Origin: Neocallimastix sp. 'constans'
Taxonomy: Eukaryota
NCBI GenBank assembly: GCA_050613775.1
Contig: JBODTK010000104.1
Location: 62,001 to 126,000 of the forward strand
DNA length: 64,000 nucleotides
Direction: 5' to 3'
Position 1 is the stretch's first letter. Each line of letters starts with the position of its first letter. Below are positions 40,430 through 56,536 of the stretch, piece by piece. Below the pieces are notes generated by a model. It was not told the DNA's origin, searched no databases, and saw only the letters and a list, made by a program, of their open reading frames with translations. Position numbers and translations under genes: made by a program.

Positions 40430-42456
40430 TTATTTTCTAAATAATAAAATAAGAGAGCCGATAATAAAGAGGAAGGTAATCAAGGATGGCGTAATGATCT
40501 TAGAGCTACTTTCAAAGGTACTACCTACTGTACCTTTACTGTAATCACAAGATGTAGTTAATTGATATTGATCGATGACCACTTGAGCTCTCTTTCTAAT
40601 ATAAGCATAAAGAGAAGTGGTATCGCCACTACATGTGTAGGATTCAATATCAGAATAAGCGGTGACAATTTCATCATAGGTATAAGTTAAATCTTCACCA
40701 TTAAGGACATCATAAATCGTTGCTGGTGGTTTAACGAGCGTATCCCAATACATATCTGAATTTAAGAATTCTTGGAAGTAAGCGATACGAGGATTCATCG
40801 ATTCTGTATTAAAGACTTCACTCACCGTCTTCTTCAAGTATTCTACAAATTTATTCTTAAACTTTTCACGAGATAATACCCCTTCTACTAATGGATTTCT
40901 AGTTAAAGTATCCGAATAGGAAGCAGGAATATTTTGATATTCTTCCCATGGAGTAGTCACTGGATAAAGAGCATATTTATCAAAGGTAGCATCGAAATCA
41001 AAAGACCAAACGTTGAATTGACCATTAGCCTTATAAATATAATAGTTGTTACCGGCGATGAAGAAACCATCTCTATGATCGATTAAATATTCGAGAACGA
41101 GATCCTTCAATAATAAATCTACATTTAGGAATTTTTCTACATCATCATCTGAACAGGAAGGTAAATCATTTGCAATCCAGTCAATTAATTCAGTAATTTC
41201 ATCGTAAGGGGAGGAAGCCTTCTCATCAGGTAAATAGGTTAAATCATAGATTTCAGAATAAATTTCAGGATTTGGTACTAAATAGTTTCGGGTGACGCCT
41301 TGGTAAGTGATTGCCTTATAGAGTACGCCATAGTTTGGATTATCTTCACCGTCATGGAAATTATTCTTGAGTAACTTCTTCTTGAATACATCTGCCATAT
41401 CATATAAACCGAAAGCATAATCATTAAGGTAGAATCTAGCTGGAGTGGCTTGACCTGCAGGAAGACCTAATGAATTTGAAATATCAATGGCTAATTTATT
41501 TTTAATATAGGTACAATCGAATACACAATTTCTTAATTTGAATTTATCACGACTGAAAATTTTTCGATTATCTTTATCTTCAGAATTATCATCTAACTTT
41601 ACTTTAAATGGTCGTTTTGGGTATCCACGAGAACCTTGACCACTTAATTCTATGGTAACATTGGTGAATATTTTATCAGATTCTGATGAAATAATGGAAA
41701 GTTCACAACCATCAATGCTAATTTCTCTGTTATCCCCTCTGTCGGATAATAAAGCATTGACTTGATTAATATCTGGACAATAAGCTCTTACATTTTGAAC
41801 TTCACCTTCTTGAAATAATTCAGAGAAATTCTTAGTTCCATCGGATTCATCAAAAATTCTTGGAATTGGTTTTAAGAGATCTCCAGCTTTGGAGTATGGA
41901 CGACCATAGACATCATTTAAACTGTCTGATGGATTACGATTTATTATGAAAGCATCTATACTTGTACCATCGATTTGATTACCTTTAGCTTCTGAAGCCA
42001 TTATATTATTATTATCATCAAGAATGACATAGTAATAATGGGAAGAAGGATCATCGGCCTTACCCATCCAATAATAATTATTGTGTGATGGGGAGAGTTC
42101 CACAGGATTACCATCATCAATGACGACCGCCACTTTGGTACCTTTATATTCAGAAGGCACCGCAACGACTTTATAATCTCTTGCATAACAAAGTCCAACA
42201 AAAGTTAAGACTGTTGAAAAAAAAAATTATAAATATTAATATATATAATTGTATAAATATGTTTTTTTTTTTTTTTTTTTAATAAAATATATTTTATAAT
42301 AGAAAAAAAAAATAAAAAAGAAATTGAAAATTTTTTTTTTTTATTTTTATAGATTAAACTTTTTATATATTAAACTACTCTTTTTTTTTTTTTTTCTTTA
42401 ATCTATTCTTTTTATATATCTTTACCTTCTGCAACATATTTAAATAATTTTGTCAT
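40430..42456 (-). CDS. cotH: CotH-family atypical kinase, secreted and probably membrane/GPI-anchored, ~603 aa. Exons 42426-42456 and 40430-42210
   Basis: Splicing restores the signal peptide MTKLFKYVAEVLTFVGLCYA. CotH motifs LSGQGSRGYPKRPFKVKL, KFKLR, RFYLNDYAFGLY, GVLYK, DHRDGFFIAGNNYYIY, FDFDATF. Ends with a Ser-rich stretch and a hydrophobic tail. Confidence 0.9.
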
Positions 42457-43504
42457 ATTAATTTTGTTCTAATTCCTGAAACAAATATATAAATATATAC
42501 TTTTTCGTCTGTACTTTAATTTTTTTTTTTCTTTTGATTTATATCTTGAAAATAGTATTAATAATAATATTCTTTAAAAAGCTTTTAAAAAAATATTGAA
42601 GAGTTTTATATACAATAGTGAATATATGTGTATAATATAAATATTTAATATATACGCTTTATTATTAAAATTTTTTATATTTCTATTTTTCTTATAGTTT
42701 ATTTTTTTTAAAAAAAAAAAAAAAGAAAGAAAGAAAAGGCTCTATTTATTTAAAAAATTTTTTTTCTTCTTATATAATATTTGAATATAATTATAATTAT
42801 AATTAAAAAAATTAATTTTTCTTTTTCATATTTATCAAAAAAAATTAAAAAATTATAAGATAAAATGATAATAATATAATTAAAAAAAAAAAAAAAAAAT
42901 AAAATAAAAAAAAATATAATAATATTTTTTTTTTTTATAATAAATTTATATAAAAAAAAAATAATTAGTAAATTTTTGATAAAGATAAACTAAATTCAGT
43001 TATTATCTAATTTTAATTAATTTTTACCAAAAAGAGAAGAATTGAAAAAAATTAAAAATAATTAAAAATTAAATATTTCTTGAGTTTTATATATATTTAA
43101 TTTAATTTAAATATACTGTTAATATACGCTATTTCTTAAATTTTGTATATAATTAAATTGAATTTATGTCTATTGTAATATATGTTATTTCTTGAATTGA
43201 ATTTAAATTGATTGTATATAAAAAAGGAAAATTTATTTATTTATTTAAAATTATTTTTATTGATATTATTTTTAATATAAGATTAATATATTTCATGTTT
43301 AAATAAAAAAAAAAAACCAAAAGTTAAAAATTAAAAAAAGCTTTTATTTATTTATTATATATTATTGAATAATATTAACAATATAATTAAAATATATTAT
43401 AATATATGTAAACAGAAATTTTAATTGAATTTAAATTAAACCTAAAAAATAAAAAGTAAAAAAAATTCAAAAAAAAAGTCAAACATTAAAACCTATAAAT
43501 AATT

Positions 43505-44185
<681 letters not shown>

Positions 44186-44616
44186 GATATTAATTCTATA
44201 TTTTATTATATATATTTTGTATTATATTATATAACTATTATTATTCAATAGACCAAATTTTGTATTTAATATGAATATATGGTTAAGCTTTTTTTCAATT
44301 GGCAGGATATTTAAAATTTTAAATTTAAATTAATTAGTTAGTAATAAAATTTTATTATTAATTATCATTTCAAAAAATGATTCGAATTATGTGAAAAAAA
44401 AAAAAAAAAAAAAAAGAAATCAACAAATGTAAATTGAGTTTGAATTACTTATTTAATATATGGAACAATTAACAAATTCTAATATTTATTTGAGTTTATT
44501 TAATAGTATATTCTTATACTATATCTATTTGAAAAAGCGTTTTTCATTTTAATTATTTTATTAGAAATCTTTTTATTATTATTATTATTATTTTTTTGTT
44601 AAACAAGAATTTATTC

Positions 44617-44661
<45 letters not shown>

Positions 44662-45996
44662 TAATGATCTTGTCATAAATAATTTTTTTTATTCCATTGC
44701 TATTGAATAGTTCATATGAAGTAATTTTCTATAGGAAGAATAAATATAACTATTGTATAAATTTATAAAAAATAAAAAGAAAAGTTTTAAATAAAACAAA
44801 GAAACAAAGAAAAAACAAAAAACAAAAAAAAAAAAAAAAGAAAAAAAAAAAAAGAAAAACATTTAATAATTGTCTATGATAAATTAAAAAAAAAAAAAAA
44901 AAAAAATTAAAAATAAAAATTATAATGAATTATTATTATTATAATTTTTTTTTTTTTTTTCATTTATTTATTTTTTTTTTATTTTTTATAGCTATTATAT
45001 TTATTTCATAAGAACAGTAAATGCTTCCTTAATATATAATAAACTTAATATGCTTCTATGATAATAATAATATATTTTTTATTTTAACGTTAAACTTTTT
45101 TCTTATTAATTATAAAAATAAATAGAATATAATATAATACTTTATTAAGATTTACTGAGTTTAATGAGAAAAAAAAAAAAAAAAAACTACACATATATAG
45201 AGTCAAAATATTTATTATCTAAAATTTTGTTAACATATAAAAAAAAAAAAAGATTATCTAGAAATCAAGAAAAGAAAAAAAAAATTCATATAAAATTTAA
45301 CTCTTTTCACTTTATAATTTATTCCATGATTATTGCATAAGAAAATAAACAATTAATAATAATATGTATTATTATTTTTGTTTTTTATTTTAATGCATTT
45401 AATAGACAATTCTTAAAATAAAATTATTTATAATTATTATTATAATTTAAAATTTTGTTTATATTTTAAATATAGTTTATTTTATTTTAATATAAACTTT
45501 TTTTTTTATAAGTATTTTTTTTAAAAAAAAAAGAAAAAAGAAAAAAAAATATTCTTAAAAATAAGTTAAATTTATGCTTAACATAATGAATAAATTAAAC
45601 TATAATATTTATAAAAATTATAATATTTAAATTTAAGATAAAAATTTATTTTTTAAATGAAAAAGAAAAAATAAAATTTAAACAACATCACTTTAAAATT
45701 GATATTAAATAAATTATATATTATATAAATAAATAAATAAATAAATAGATAAATGATAAATCAATAATCAATAGATAAATTTGTAAATAAATAAATTTCT
45801 TAAGTATTATTATAAAATTAACTACAGAAAAAAAAAATTCACAAAGATTTATTATTATTATTGCTATTATATTATTATTATTATATTTATTATATTTATT
45901 ATATTTATTATTATTATTATTATTATATTTATTATTATTATTATTATTATATTTATTATTGTTATTATATTTATTATTATTTATTATTATTTATTA

Positions 45997-46035
<39 letters not shown>

Positions 46036-48399
46036 TATTATTATTTATTATATTTATCATTATTTATTATTATTATTATTATTTCTGTAAAATTGAATAA
46101 TATATTAATAAATATATATTATTATAATTAAAAGAAAATCAAATAATAAATAAATATAATAAAAAGTAAAAAAAAATTTTGGCAGGGAGTAAAAATTTTT
46201 TTTTTTGGTTATTACCAATATCAACCAATTTCATTTATTATTATAAATTATTATTAATTATTATTTATTACTAATTACTATTAATTATTACTGTATGTGA
46301 TATTATATAAAAAAAAGGCAAATAGTAATAGAAAAAAAAAAAAAAAAAAAAAAACAAATAAAAAAAATTAAGTACTATTATATTAAAAAATTTTTTTTTT
46401 AATTTAAATATATTATTATATTATTACCAAGATTGAAAGATCTAAGAATTATGAATTTTATATTATTTATTTATAAATTCATATTTATTCATTTCTTATT
46501 TAATTTTTAGTGTTTTATAATTCAAAAACTATAATGAATATTAAATATTTATATTTATATCTATATATATATATTTATTTATATATTTATATATTTACAT
46601 ATTTATATATTCATGTATTCATATATTTATTTATTTTTATATTTATTTATTTATTTATATATATATACATACATTTATATATTCATATATTTATATTTAT
46701 ATTTATATTTTACATATTTTTATATTTTTATATATTTTTTTATTTTCATTTAATTTATTTATATAGATTTAAATTAAATTAAATTAGATTAAATTAAATT
46801 AGATTAAATAATATATTTGACTTTTTAATACAAAATAAACTTAATATTATATATAGAAAAGAGACATTATTTCCATTTTTTTTTTCCATTTTTCCAATTT
46901 TTTTTTTTTTACTCAAAAATTATTATATTAATTTTAAAGAGATAAGAAAGTAAATAAATAAATTAAAAGAAAAGAATAAATATATTTAATACTATTAATA
47001 TGATAAATATTAATATATTGAATTATATATAATAATATAAATAATATACAATAATATATCTATTAATATATATAAATAATATACATAAATAATATATATA
47101 AAATGATATACAATAATATATATATATAAATAATATATAAATAATATATAATAATATATAGTAATATATATTAAAATTATGGCTAAAAAAAATACAAAAA
47201 CATTTTATTTTATTTTATTTTATATATAAATCTTTGTTTTATATATAGCTTAATATATATATATTATATAGTAGAATCTTATTTTATTCATCTTCTATTG
47301 AATGATTTTTGTTTTATTTCAATTTTCTGTATAAATAATTTCTATTAAGGTTGAAGAGATAGATAAAAGATAGAAGCTGAATAAAAAGTTGAATATGTCT
47401 ATATAATTTAATAAAAGGATTATTTTTTTTAATTAAATATCATAAAAAAAAATAAAAAAAATAATAAATACTTCATAAAAAAAAAAAAATAAATTAGATA
47501 TGATATATATATATTTTTAGTATAATATGTTATTGGAAAGATGACCATTTAAATATAATAGCTGTTAAATTATATATAAAAATTTTAATATCACTTTTTT
47601 TTATTCATTAATGTTAAATTGATATTGAAATGTTAAATATCACTTTAAAAATATATATATATATATATATATAATATAAAGGTAGATTTACTATTTTTAA
47701 TTGACAATTGCTATTATTGCTATTTATGTTTAGTTGAAATTAATGGTAAAAATCATTATTGATAAACATGAACTCTTTTTTAATTTTTTTTTATGATTTC
47801 TATTTGCCGAATTAAAAGTAATTGTAATTTTTTTTTTAAAAATTTGTAATGAAAACTAGGTTAATATCATTTTATATTTAGTACGTTATATGAAATTTAT
47901 TTAATCATTAACATATTGTTATTATTAATTTTTTGAATATAATTCACTATTCATTATTCATATTTAATATTTGATATTTGATATTTATTTTATTTATAGA
48001 TAGAATAAAATCATTTAATTATTAAATAATTCCTTATACAATTCTAATGATTTTATTTTTTTATTTTTTTTTTTTATTTTAATTATTTTTCATCAAACTT
48101 ATAATCATATTAATATTTAATTAGATGTGACAAAATTATATTTATTTATTTATTCATTTATTTATTCATTCATTTATTTATATACTTTGAATATTTCAAA
48201 AATTTAGAATTCATAAAAAAAAAAAAAAAAATTAATTTTTAATGTAGTACAGGAAAGCATGTAAACAAAAATTTTAATTTAAACATATTAAAAACAAAAA
48301 ATAACAACTTAAAAATTAATTAAAAATACATGAATTATTAAATTTTATTTTATTTTATTCAATCTGTATTTCATATCATTTCATATCATTATTTCACCT

Positions 48400-48700
48400 A
48401 TTTTATTTTTATTTTTATTTTATTTTATTTTATTTTATTTTATTTTATTTTATTTTATTTTATTTTATATTATTCAATCTGTACTTTCTATTTAACATTC
48501 TACTATTTATTTTATTTTATTTTATTTTATTTTATTTTATTTTATTTTATTTTATTTTATTTTATTTTATTTTATTTTATTTTATTTTATTTTATTTCAT
48601 TTCATTTTATTTTATTTTATTTTATTTTATTTTATTTTATTTTATTTCATTTCATTTCATTTTATTTTATTTTATTTTATTTTATTTTATTTAATCTTGT
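48400..48700. repeat. (TTTTA)n pentanucleotide satellite
   Basis: Directly visible tandem array with TTTCA variants. Confidence 0.9.
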
Positions 48701-49419
48701 ACTTTAAACTTTTATTCTACTATATTTATTCTATTCAATCTATACTTTAAACTTTTATTTTACTATTTATTTTATTTTATTCAATCTCTACTTTATGTAT
48801 ATTTCATCTATTTATTTTATTTTATTTTATTTTTATTTTATTTTATTTTATTAATTTCAATCTGTACTCTATATTTAATATTTTACTATTTATTTTATTT
48901 TATTATATTATTATTAATACTTTACTCTTTTATATTACTTCTTTCTTTATTTTATTTTTTATTTTATTTTATTTACTATTAGTAATAATATAACTCATAA
49001 ATTAATATAATAAAAAATTAATTGTGATAATAAAAAAATAATAAGCAAACAAAAAAAAAAAAAAGAACATTTAAACAAAGGTTAATGAAACAAAAAAATA
49101 AAAATTCAAAACTTTATAACCCAAGTTTTTAATAATAAATAATAATAAGAATTAATAAATACTAATAAAGAGTGGCATAAATAATATAAATAATATATAA
49201 ATAATAATAAATTATCATATTTAATAATATTAATAATTTAAATTATAATATAAATATTTATTACAATAATAAACAATACATATAACAGTAATAGAAATAT
49301 ACTATTAATAAGATTAATATAATAGTAATAATAAGGAAATTTGTAATATTATTTAATATTACCTATTAACAATGATTACAAATCCAATAATATTAATATT
49401 TATTTATTTTATTAATTCT

Positions 49420-49470
<51 letters not shown>

Positions 49471-50397
49471 TAAAATTAAAAGTATTCATGTAATTTATAA
49501 AAAGAATAAATAAATAAAGATTAAAGTTCACAATAATTGCGGCTATAAAAAAAAATAATATTAAAATTAATAAATATTATAAATAATTAATATTATAATA
49601 CCATTACTACTACCATTAATAATAGTAATATATAATAAAAAAAAATCAATATTAATAGTAAATAGTAAAATAATAGTAATAATACTATTATTATTAATAT
49701 CAATAATAATATTCTAATTAATATTCATATTAATTATATTTAAAATAGTAATTATATTTATAATAGTAATAATGATAATAATGATAATTGTTAATAATTA
49801 TTCTATAGTAAGAAATCCTTAATTTAATTAAAATTGAAAATTAAGATTAAAAAAAAAAAATTTTTTTTTATATTTATTTTTTCATTTATTAAGATATATA
49901 TATAAATATAAATTATAATTTATTATTTAAGTGGAATAATTAATAATAAGTTTTTATTTGTTTATCGTATAATAAATAATGCTATAATAATTATTCAATA
50001 AGTAAAAAAAAAAAAAAAAAAAAAATAATAGGATTAAATAAGACCATAATATATTAATTATTTTTATAGAAAAATTTCTTGGCTTTTTTAAAAAATTTAT
50101 ATCTATATATATATATTTATTAATATATAAAATAATTTAAAAAAATATAATGCAATATAATAATATTAATATAATAAAAGTTATACTTCATTGAAAAATA
50201 ATAATAATAAAAAAAAAAAAAAAAAAAGTTAATTTGCAAATTAAAAAAGTATTTTGTATTATACATTATTATTACTATTATTATTATTACTATAATTATT
50301 GTTATAATTATTATTATTATTACTATTATTATTATTACTATAATTATTGTTATAATTATTTTACTATTACTATTATTATCATCACTATAATTATTAC

Positions 50398-50436
<39 letters not shown>

Positions 50437-50466
50437 TATTATCATCACTATAATTATTACTATTAC

Positions 50467-50502
<36 letters not shown>

Positions 50503-51179
50503 TATTATTACTATTATTATTACTTTTTATTTTAAAGTAAAAAAAAAAAAGAAAAAAAGAAAAAAAGAAGAAAAAAAGAAAAATGAAGTAATAATCCTTT
50601 TTAAAATAATGTTAATACTATTAGTAATATATATATATATATATATATTTTTTAACTAACCTAAACCATATAACTTATATCTTATTATTATTATTATTTT
50701 TTTTTTATTATAACTTATCCTTTATATATTCAATGTAGTATATGTCTATTTAGAGCATAAATAAAACTTTTTTAATAAAAAAAAGTTAAAAATACTCTAA
50801 ATATAAAATTATTTAACAATCTTTATAAACATAAACGTAGCTAAAGCGACAGAAAGCAGGCTATGAGGGACTGAGGATCATTTATTGACGTGAGTCCATA
50901 ATTATTATGTAGTTAGTACCATAATTATGACATTTATTTATTTATTTATTTTTTTTTTTATCAAAAGATATCAAATATACAAATATGAATTAGAAATACA
51001 CCGTTAGGTGGATTTTGAAGTGAATAAAAAAGTATTTAGATATTTTGATAGACTATAAGTATTTTTAATTTATATATTAAAAAGTATTATTTATGTTTTA
51101 TATATAAATAATGTTAAAAAAAAATAATATATGTTGTATATATTAAATACGTATTAAAATAAGTGAAAAATACATAATT

Positions 51180-51210
<31 letters not shown>

Positions 51211-51391
51211 TTAAAATATAAGCATATATAGGTTAAATAAGTTTAAAAAATATTTATTTTATGTAATATTTGTGATAAATGCATAAAATGAATGAAAATA
51301 TACCATATATCAATATTTAACATATATATTGAATACTGTTATATTTATAGCAAATCATTTCAAAACATAAGTTTCTTTTATAGTATATTTT

Positions 51392-51425
<34 letters not shown>

Positions 51426-51898
51426 AAGTTATTAAGTAAAAAATTCCTTTTCCTTGTACTACTACTACTACTCATTTATTCATTTGAAGTCCACTGCACG
51501 TAGTACTCCTCATTTATAATTCGTATCCATTCTATCCATACTGCTAGGGAGTAGGGTACACTGACGTAAAGTACTTCCCATTTTCACACTGACGACGGCT
51601 TATCTCTCTTACAATCATCATCCATCGTTGCGTCCTACCCACTATATATAGCTACGAATTTGCTAAAGTGCTATTTTTTTTTTAAAAAAAAAAAAAAAAA
51701 AGAAAAAATATTTTTATTATTATTAATTATTATTTATTTTATTATATTATATTTTTTTTTTTTTGGATATAATGACATAATCATATTCAGTTTCATTATT
51801 ACATTATTAGGATATAAAAATTCTAAAAGCCACTGTTGAATATTTGGTATATTGGAGGATTAAGAATAAGAATAACGGTATTGTTTAATCATATTTAA

Positions 51899-51936
<38 letters not shown>

Positions 51937-52389
51937 AATAGTAACTACAATAATAATGGGTAATTTTATTAAAACTTTCATTAAGAATATTACTTTAATT
52001 ACTTTTTTTTTTTGTTTTTTTGTTTTAGGATGATATTTAAAGAATTGAATTCAAAATAAAAAAAAAAAAACTTTTTTTGACCTGGAATAAAGTATAATTA
52101 TTTCGAATTATATATTAAATTATATATATAAAAAATATGTGTATATATATATATCCCCAATGGTGGAACCTAAGCTGTAGGGTTTCTGAGGGGATCAGCA
52201 AATAGTATGACAATAAATTTTTTTTTAATTATTTTTCAATTGATATGCAATCTCAATCTTCTTTATATAAATCATAACTTTAGTTTTTAAATCAACTATT
52301 CAATCAAAAGGCTTCTCTACTTTATACTACAAACAATATTGTTTTTGTTTTATTTTTTCTCTTATATCTTTAAATTTTTCTTTTATATG

Positions 52390-52427
<38 letters not shown>

Positions 52428-52599
52428 TTTTTACCGTTATATATGTTATTTTATATCTTTATATATAATTTTTTATTTTAGGTTTTTAATTTTCATATCC
52501 TTTTACAATATCTTAACATATAAAAAAAAAAAAAAAATAAACAAATATTAATAATTATTTTACATTATATTTATTGAATAAATAATTGCTTCCACTAAT

Positions 52600-52806
52600 A
52601 CATCTAAATTTAAAATTCTTCTTCCTTTAATCTCTGTGTTAAGTTGGGAATATTAATGGTTGGAATACTGAAAAAAGCGTGATAATATTTTTTATTCCTC
52701 AAACTCAATTTTTTAAACCTATATGAATCTATTGACATGATACTAGAAAGAAGTAAATATTTTTCCAAAAGATGCTTCATCATCATTAATTCTAAATTAC
52801 AATTCA

Positions 52807-52856
<50 letters not shown>

Positions 52857-53982
52857 GCTAATCCTAAAACTCCCTGGTATGAAAGGACTCTTTATTGGTG
52901 TTCATTCTTCATGCTCTTTCTTTCAAGAACTGTTTTTTATACAAATATATCATTTCAGTAAATATCCCTTCTTTTCTGGAATCAAAAATGTACTATTGGA
53001 AATATCTATTTTCCTCAAAGTAAATGGAAGGAAGCAAAATTAATTGCTTTTGATGAACTTTCTCAATAGTTACGTTTTTCACATTAGAATGAAAAAAAAA
53101 TGATCCTGCTGTCCTAGTTGATGATTTTAACATATCATTAAAGAAAGATTAAAAAACATACATTTCAAATAATTTTCCTAATTGGTATATTGCTCCCTTA
53201 TATGATAATCAATATACTAAAGGTAAAGGTAATTAGATCATCTTGCATTGATCATGTCATCTACAATGAGGCTTTGGCAACTCATATTAATAAGAACAAT
53301 CGGTTTGTACTTCATTTTTTTTGGTATTTCTGATCATAAACCAATTTTGTTATTTTGCTTTCTTGCAACCAACAAAGTTCTCTCCGATGGCTTTATGAGG
53401 CCTGTTAAAGTTTCTAAATGATTTATTTCATATTTGTAAAACAAAAAACAAAAAACAAAAACAAAAACAAAAACAAAAACAAAAACAAAAACAAAAACAA
53501 AAACAAAAACAAAAACAAAAACAAAAACAAAAACAAAAACAAAAACAAAAACAAAAAAGAAAAAAAAAAAAAATTCAGATATTTTATCACATAATTATTT
53601 TTTTCAATCTTAGCAAATGACCTCGATTCTCATTACAATACGTTGATAGCTGATGAAATGATAGAAAAGTTTATCAATACAGCAAATAATATGGGGGGGG
53701 GTAAAAAATATTAAGGCTTTCATTCCAACAAATTTAAAAAAGGTTCTGCTTTTCATTGTCCTTATTACATTAAAAACATATTGTATTTCGAAGTATTAAG
53801 CCTTTCTTTAATTGTGAAAATGTTGATAATTAACCTTGAACAATTTAATAAATATGAAAAACATTTGTAAATTAATCAAGTAAAAAAACAAAGAGTAAGT
53901 TTCGTTCCGCTAGATAGAAAGCTAATCTATTAAAAATCGGTAATTATTTTTTTGAATAAAAATTCCAAAAATGGTTGGAAAT

Positions 53983-54019
<37 letters not shown>

Positions 54020-54437
54020 AACTCAGCTTCTAATTGTAATTTGTATTTATCCCTTAGAAAAGGTGGCCGATCAGATTGTAGTAACCGTCGAGGTATTTCT
54101 CTCATTAATGTTGTGTTGGAACTGAAAATCATTTCAAAAATTAATGATAACAAATAGTATAATAGTATAATAGTATATATCAACTGACGCACCTAACCAC
54201 AATTTCATTAGATCTAAACAATTTTGGTTTTCGAAAGCGTGAAAGAATGCATTAGTTTATTCATTTCCGTAAGAGAAATTTACCATAGAAGAAAATTTCA
54301 AGAAAAAAAAATTCACATATTTAGGCCTTTTTAAGATCTTAAAAAAAAAAAAAAAAAAAAAAGCTTATGATTCAATTCCTATATATTTTAATATTCTTAC
54401 TAAATTATATCATTATGGAGTCCGTGGTTAAATGTTT

Positions 54438-54486
<49 letters not shown>

Positions 54487-55899
54487 TATACTTCATTTAA
54501 AGCAAGCACGTGTTTCTATTTGCTTCAATGTTATCAAATGAATTTCTTATTAAAATAGAGGTGTTCGTCAAGGTGATTCATGATCTTCAATCTCAATCTT
54601 ATTCAATTTATTCATTAATGATAGACTAAATACCTGTTGAAAAGTATGGTGTTAGTATTGGAAGAAAAGAAAAAAAAAAAAAAAAAGTGTTGAGGTGGAC
54701 TCTTTACTGATGATGTTGTTCTCATTGTTCTGAGTGCAAAAAAAAAAAAAATTTAGAAAAATTATTTAAAAAAAAAAAAAAAAAAAAGAAAAAGGTACAT
54801 AAATGGGCTAAATTTAAATGAAATGACATTTGATATTGAAAAATGTGTAACTACGGTTATAAAACCAATGAACTTTCCATTAACCTCTAAATTATAGTGA
54901 CTCAACCTTTTTATTTAGGAATGAATGCTATTCCTATTAGGTTCTAGTTATATTATACCTTTTTCAGATGATCTTTTTATTAGAACACATTTATATCTCA
55001 CATGCATTTTTAAAAGTTAGAAAATCCCTTCTTTCATTTATATTTACACGTTTTTTTTTTTTTTTTTCAAATAAACTTATTCCTATTGTATATAATGTTC
55101 TTCAATCCTTTGTTATTAGTAAAGCTATTTATTTATTCTCCTCTACTTAGTTCAAACAAATATGGAACGGCTAGAATTCAAACATTAACTATATACTGAT
55201 CTAATTAAATCTATTCCCAAAATGTCCTTATTTATTTATTTATTCCTTGGACTAAAAAAAAAAAATCTAAAACACTGTATAAAAAAAAAAAAAGAAAAAA
55301 AAAATATAAATATGTGACATATGACGATATTATAGAACGTTACATGGAAATCAGGTTCCAGATTTCATTCTTCATTCAAGGTATTAAAGTTCAAAATTAA
55401 AATAAGAGTGACCAGTTCTCAAATAATAAAGCATTAGCAATGCTTAGCTTAAAAAAATATCCCCAAATTCAAATTCAATGTAGGGTTTTCGTTGGATGAT
55501 ACGTTTACGCTGTGGTTATAAATACAATTTTGCTACTATATTGCTATTAGAAAGGGTAGAGTTTCAGAAGATGGTCCCAAAGACTTGTCCCTGTTGTATG
55601 GCGAAAGGTAATCAATCTTTTTTGAGTTTTGAGCCATTGGGATTTTTAAAAGTGATGCTCCTAACCTCTTTTAGATGAAATTCTTTTTAAATTTCATTGA
55701 TGACCGCTATGTTTTGTTTCGCTAGGAAGATGAGAGCGTTTAATCCTCTTTCCTTCCTAGGACTCTATTTCTGATTTTGAAGAATTCTATCCATCCATCA
55801 TTATATCTATTTTACTTATTCCCTTCCTTGGTGGAACTTTAGCTTTAAATGAGCTACAATTTCGATAGAGAGGGGGAAAATAGAGACAATTAAATGAAC

Positions 55900-55951
<52 letters not shown>

Positions 55952-56440
55952 CCAAAGGTTCATCTGAGTCACCATCATCATATTCCAAAAAAAAAAAAAA
56001 AAAAAAAAAAATTGTGTGGGCTTGGCGGGAATTCTTAACTCTTAACTAGTACAATTTTTACCTATCATAACATAAGTAGTTCGTTTGACCTATTATTTGA
56101 TAGGTATATTCCAAAAATATCAAACTTTAACCAAGAGCGTCTACTGTCGTAACTGATAAAGACATAACGATAATACAGGATCTTAGTTGAATTTTTATAG
56201 GGATAAATATGAACCAAACCGGGTTTTCTCTCATTAGTATTAGTACACATACTAAATTCACCGGTTGATTCGATGAATTCTGAACATAATGATAAATCTG
56301 GGTTCTAACACTATGGTAAAAAAAAATAGTTTTCTTGATACAGTTATTGAAGTAGATCATAAAAAAAAAAAAAAAAAATCCAAAGTAAAAAAAAATTTTT
56401 TTTTTTTTTCCTAAAAGATCAAGATCAAACAAGGTTCAAC
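52600..56440 (+). mobile_element. Near full-length decayed LINE (APE - RT - zinc finger)
   Basis: APE: LSW-NINGWN, PAVLVDDFNI, SCIDHVIYNE, ISDHKPI. RT: KGGRSDCSNRRGISLIN, FGFRKRE, AYDSIPI, RGVRQGD, LFNLFIND, GLFTDDVV, EMTFDIEKC. Zinc finger: IRLRCGY...PKTCPCC. Disrupted by A/T runs; the 3' boundary is approximate. Confidence 0.88.
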
Positions 56441-56484
56441 ATTCCATTAACCATTCTTAACATTAAAGAAAATTAGAAATTAAT

Positions 56485-56536
<52 letters not shown>

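Noticed and set aside
50870..50900. CTGAGGA as a hammerhead ribozyme core
   Set aside because: No GAAA after the putative stem II and no stem III or cleavage triplet.
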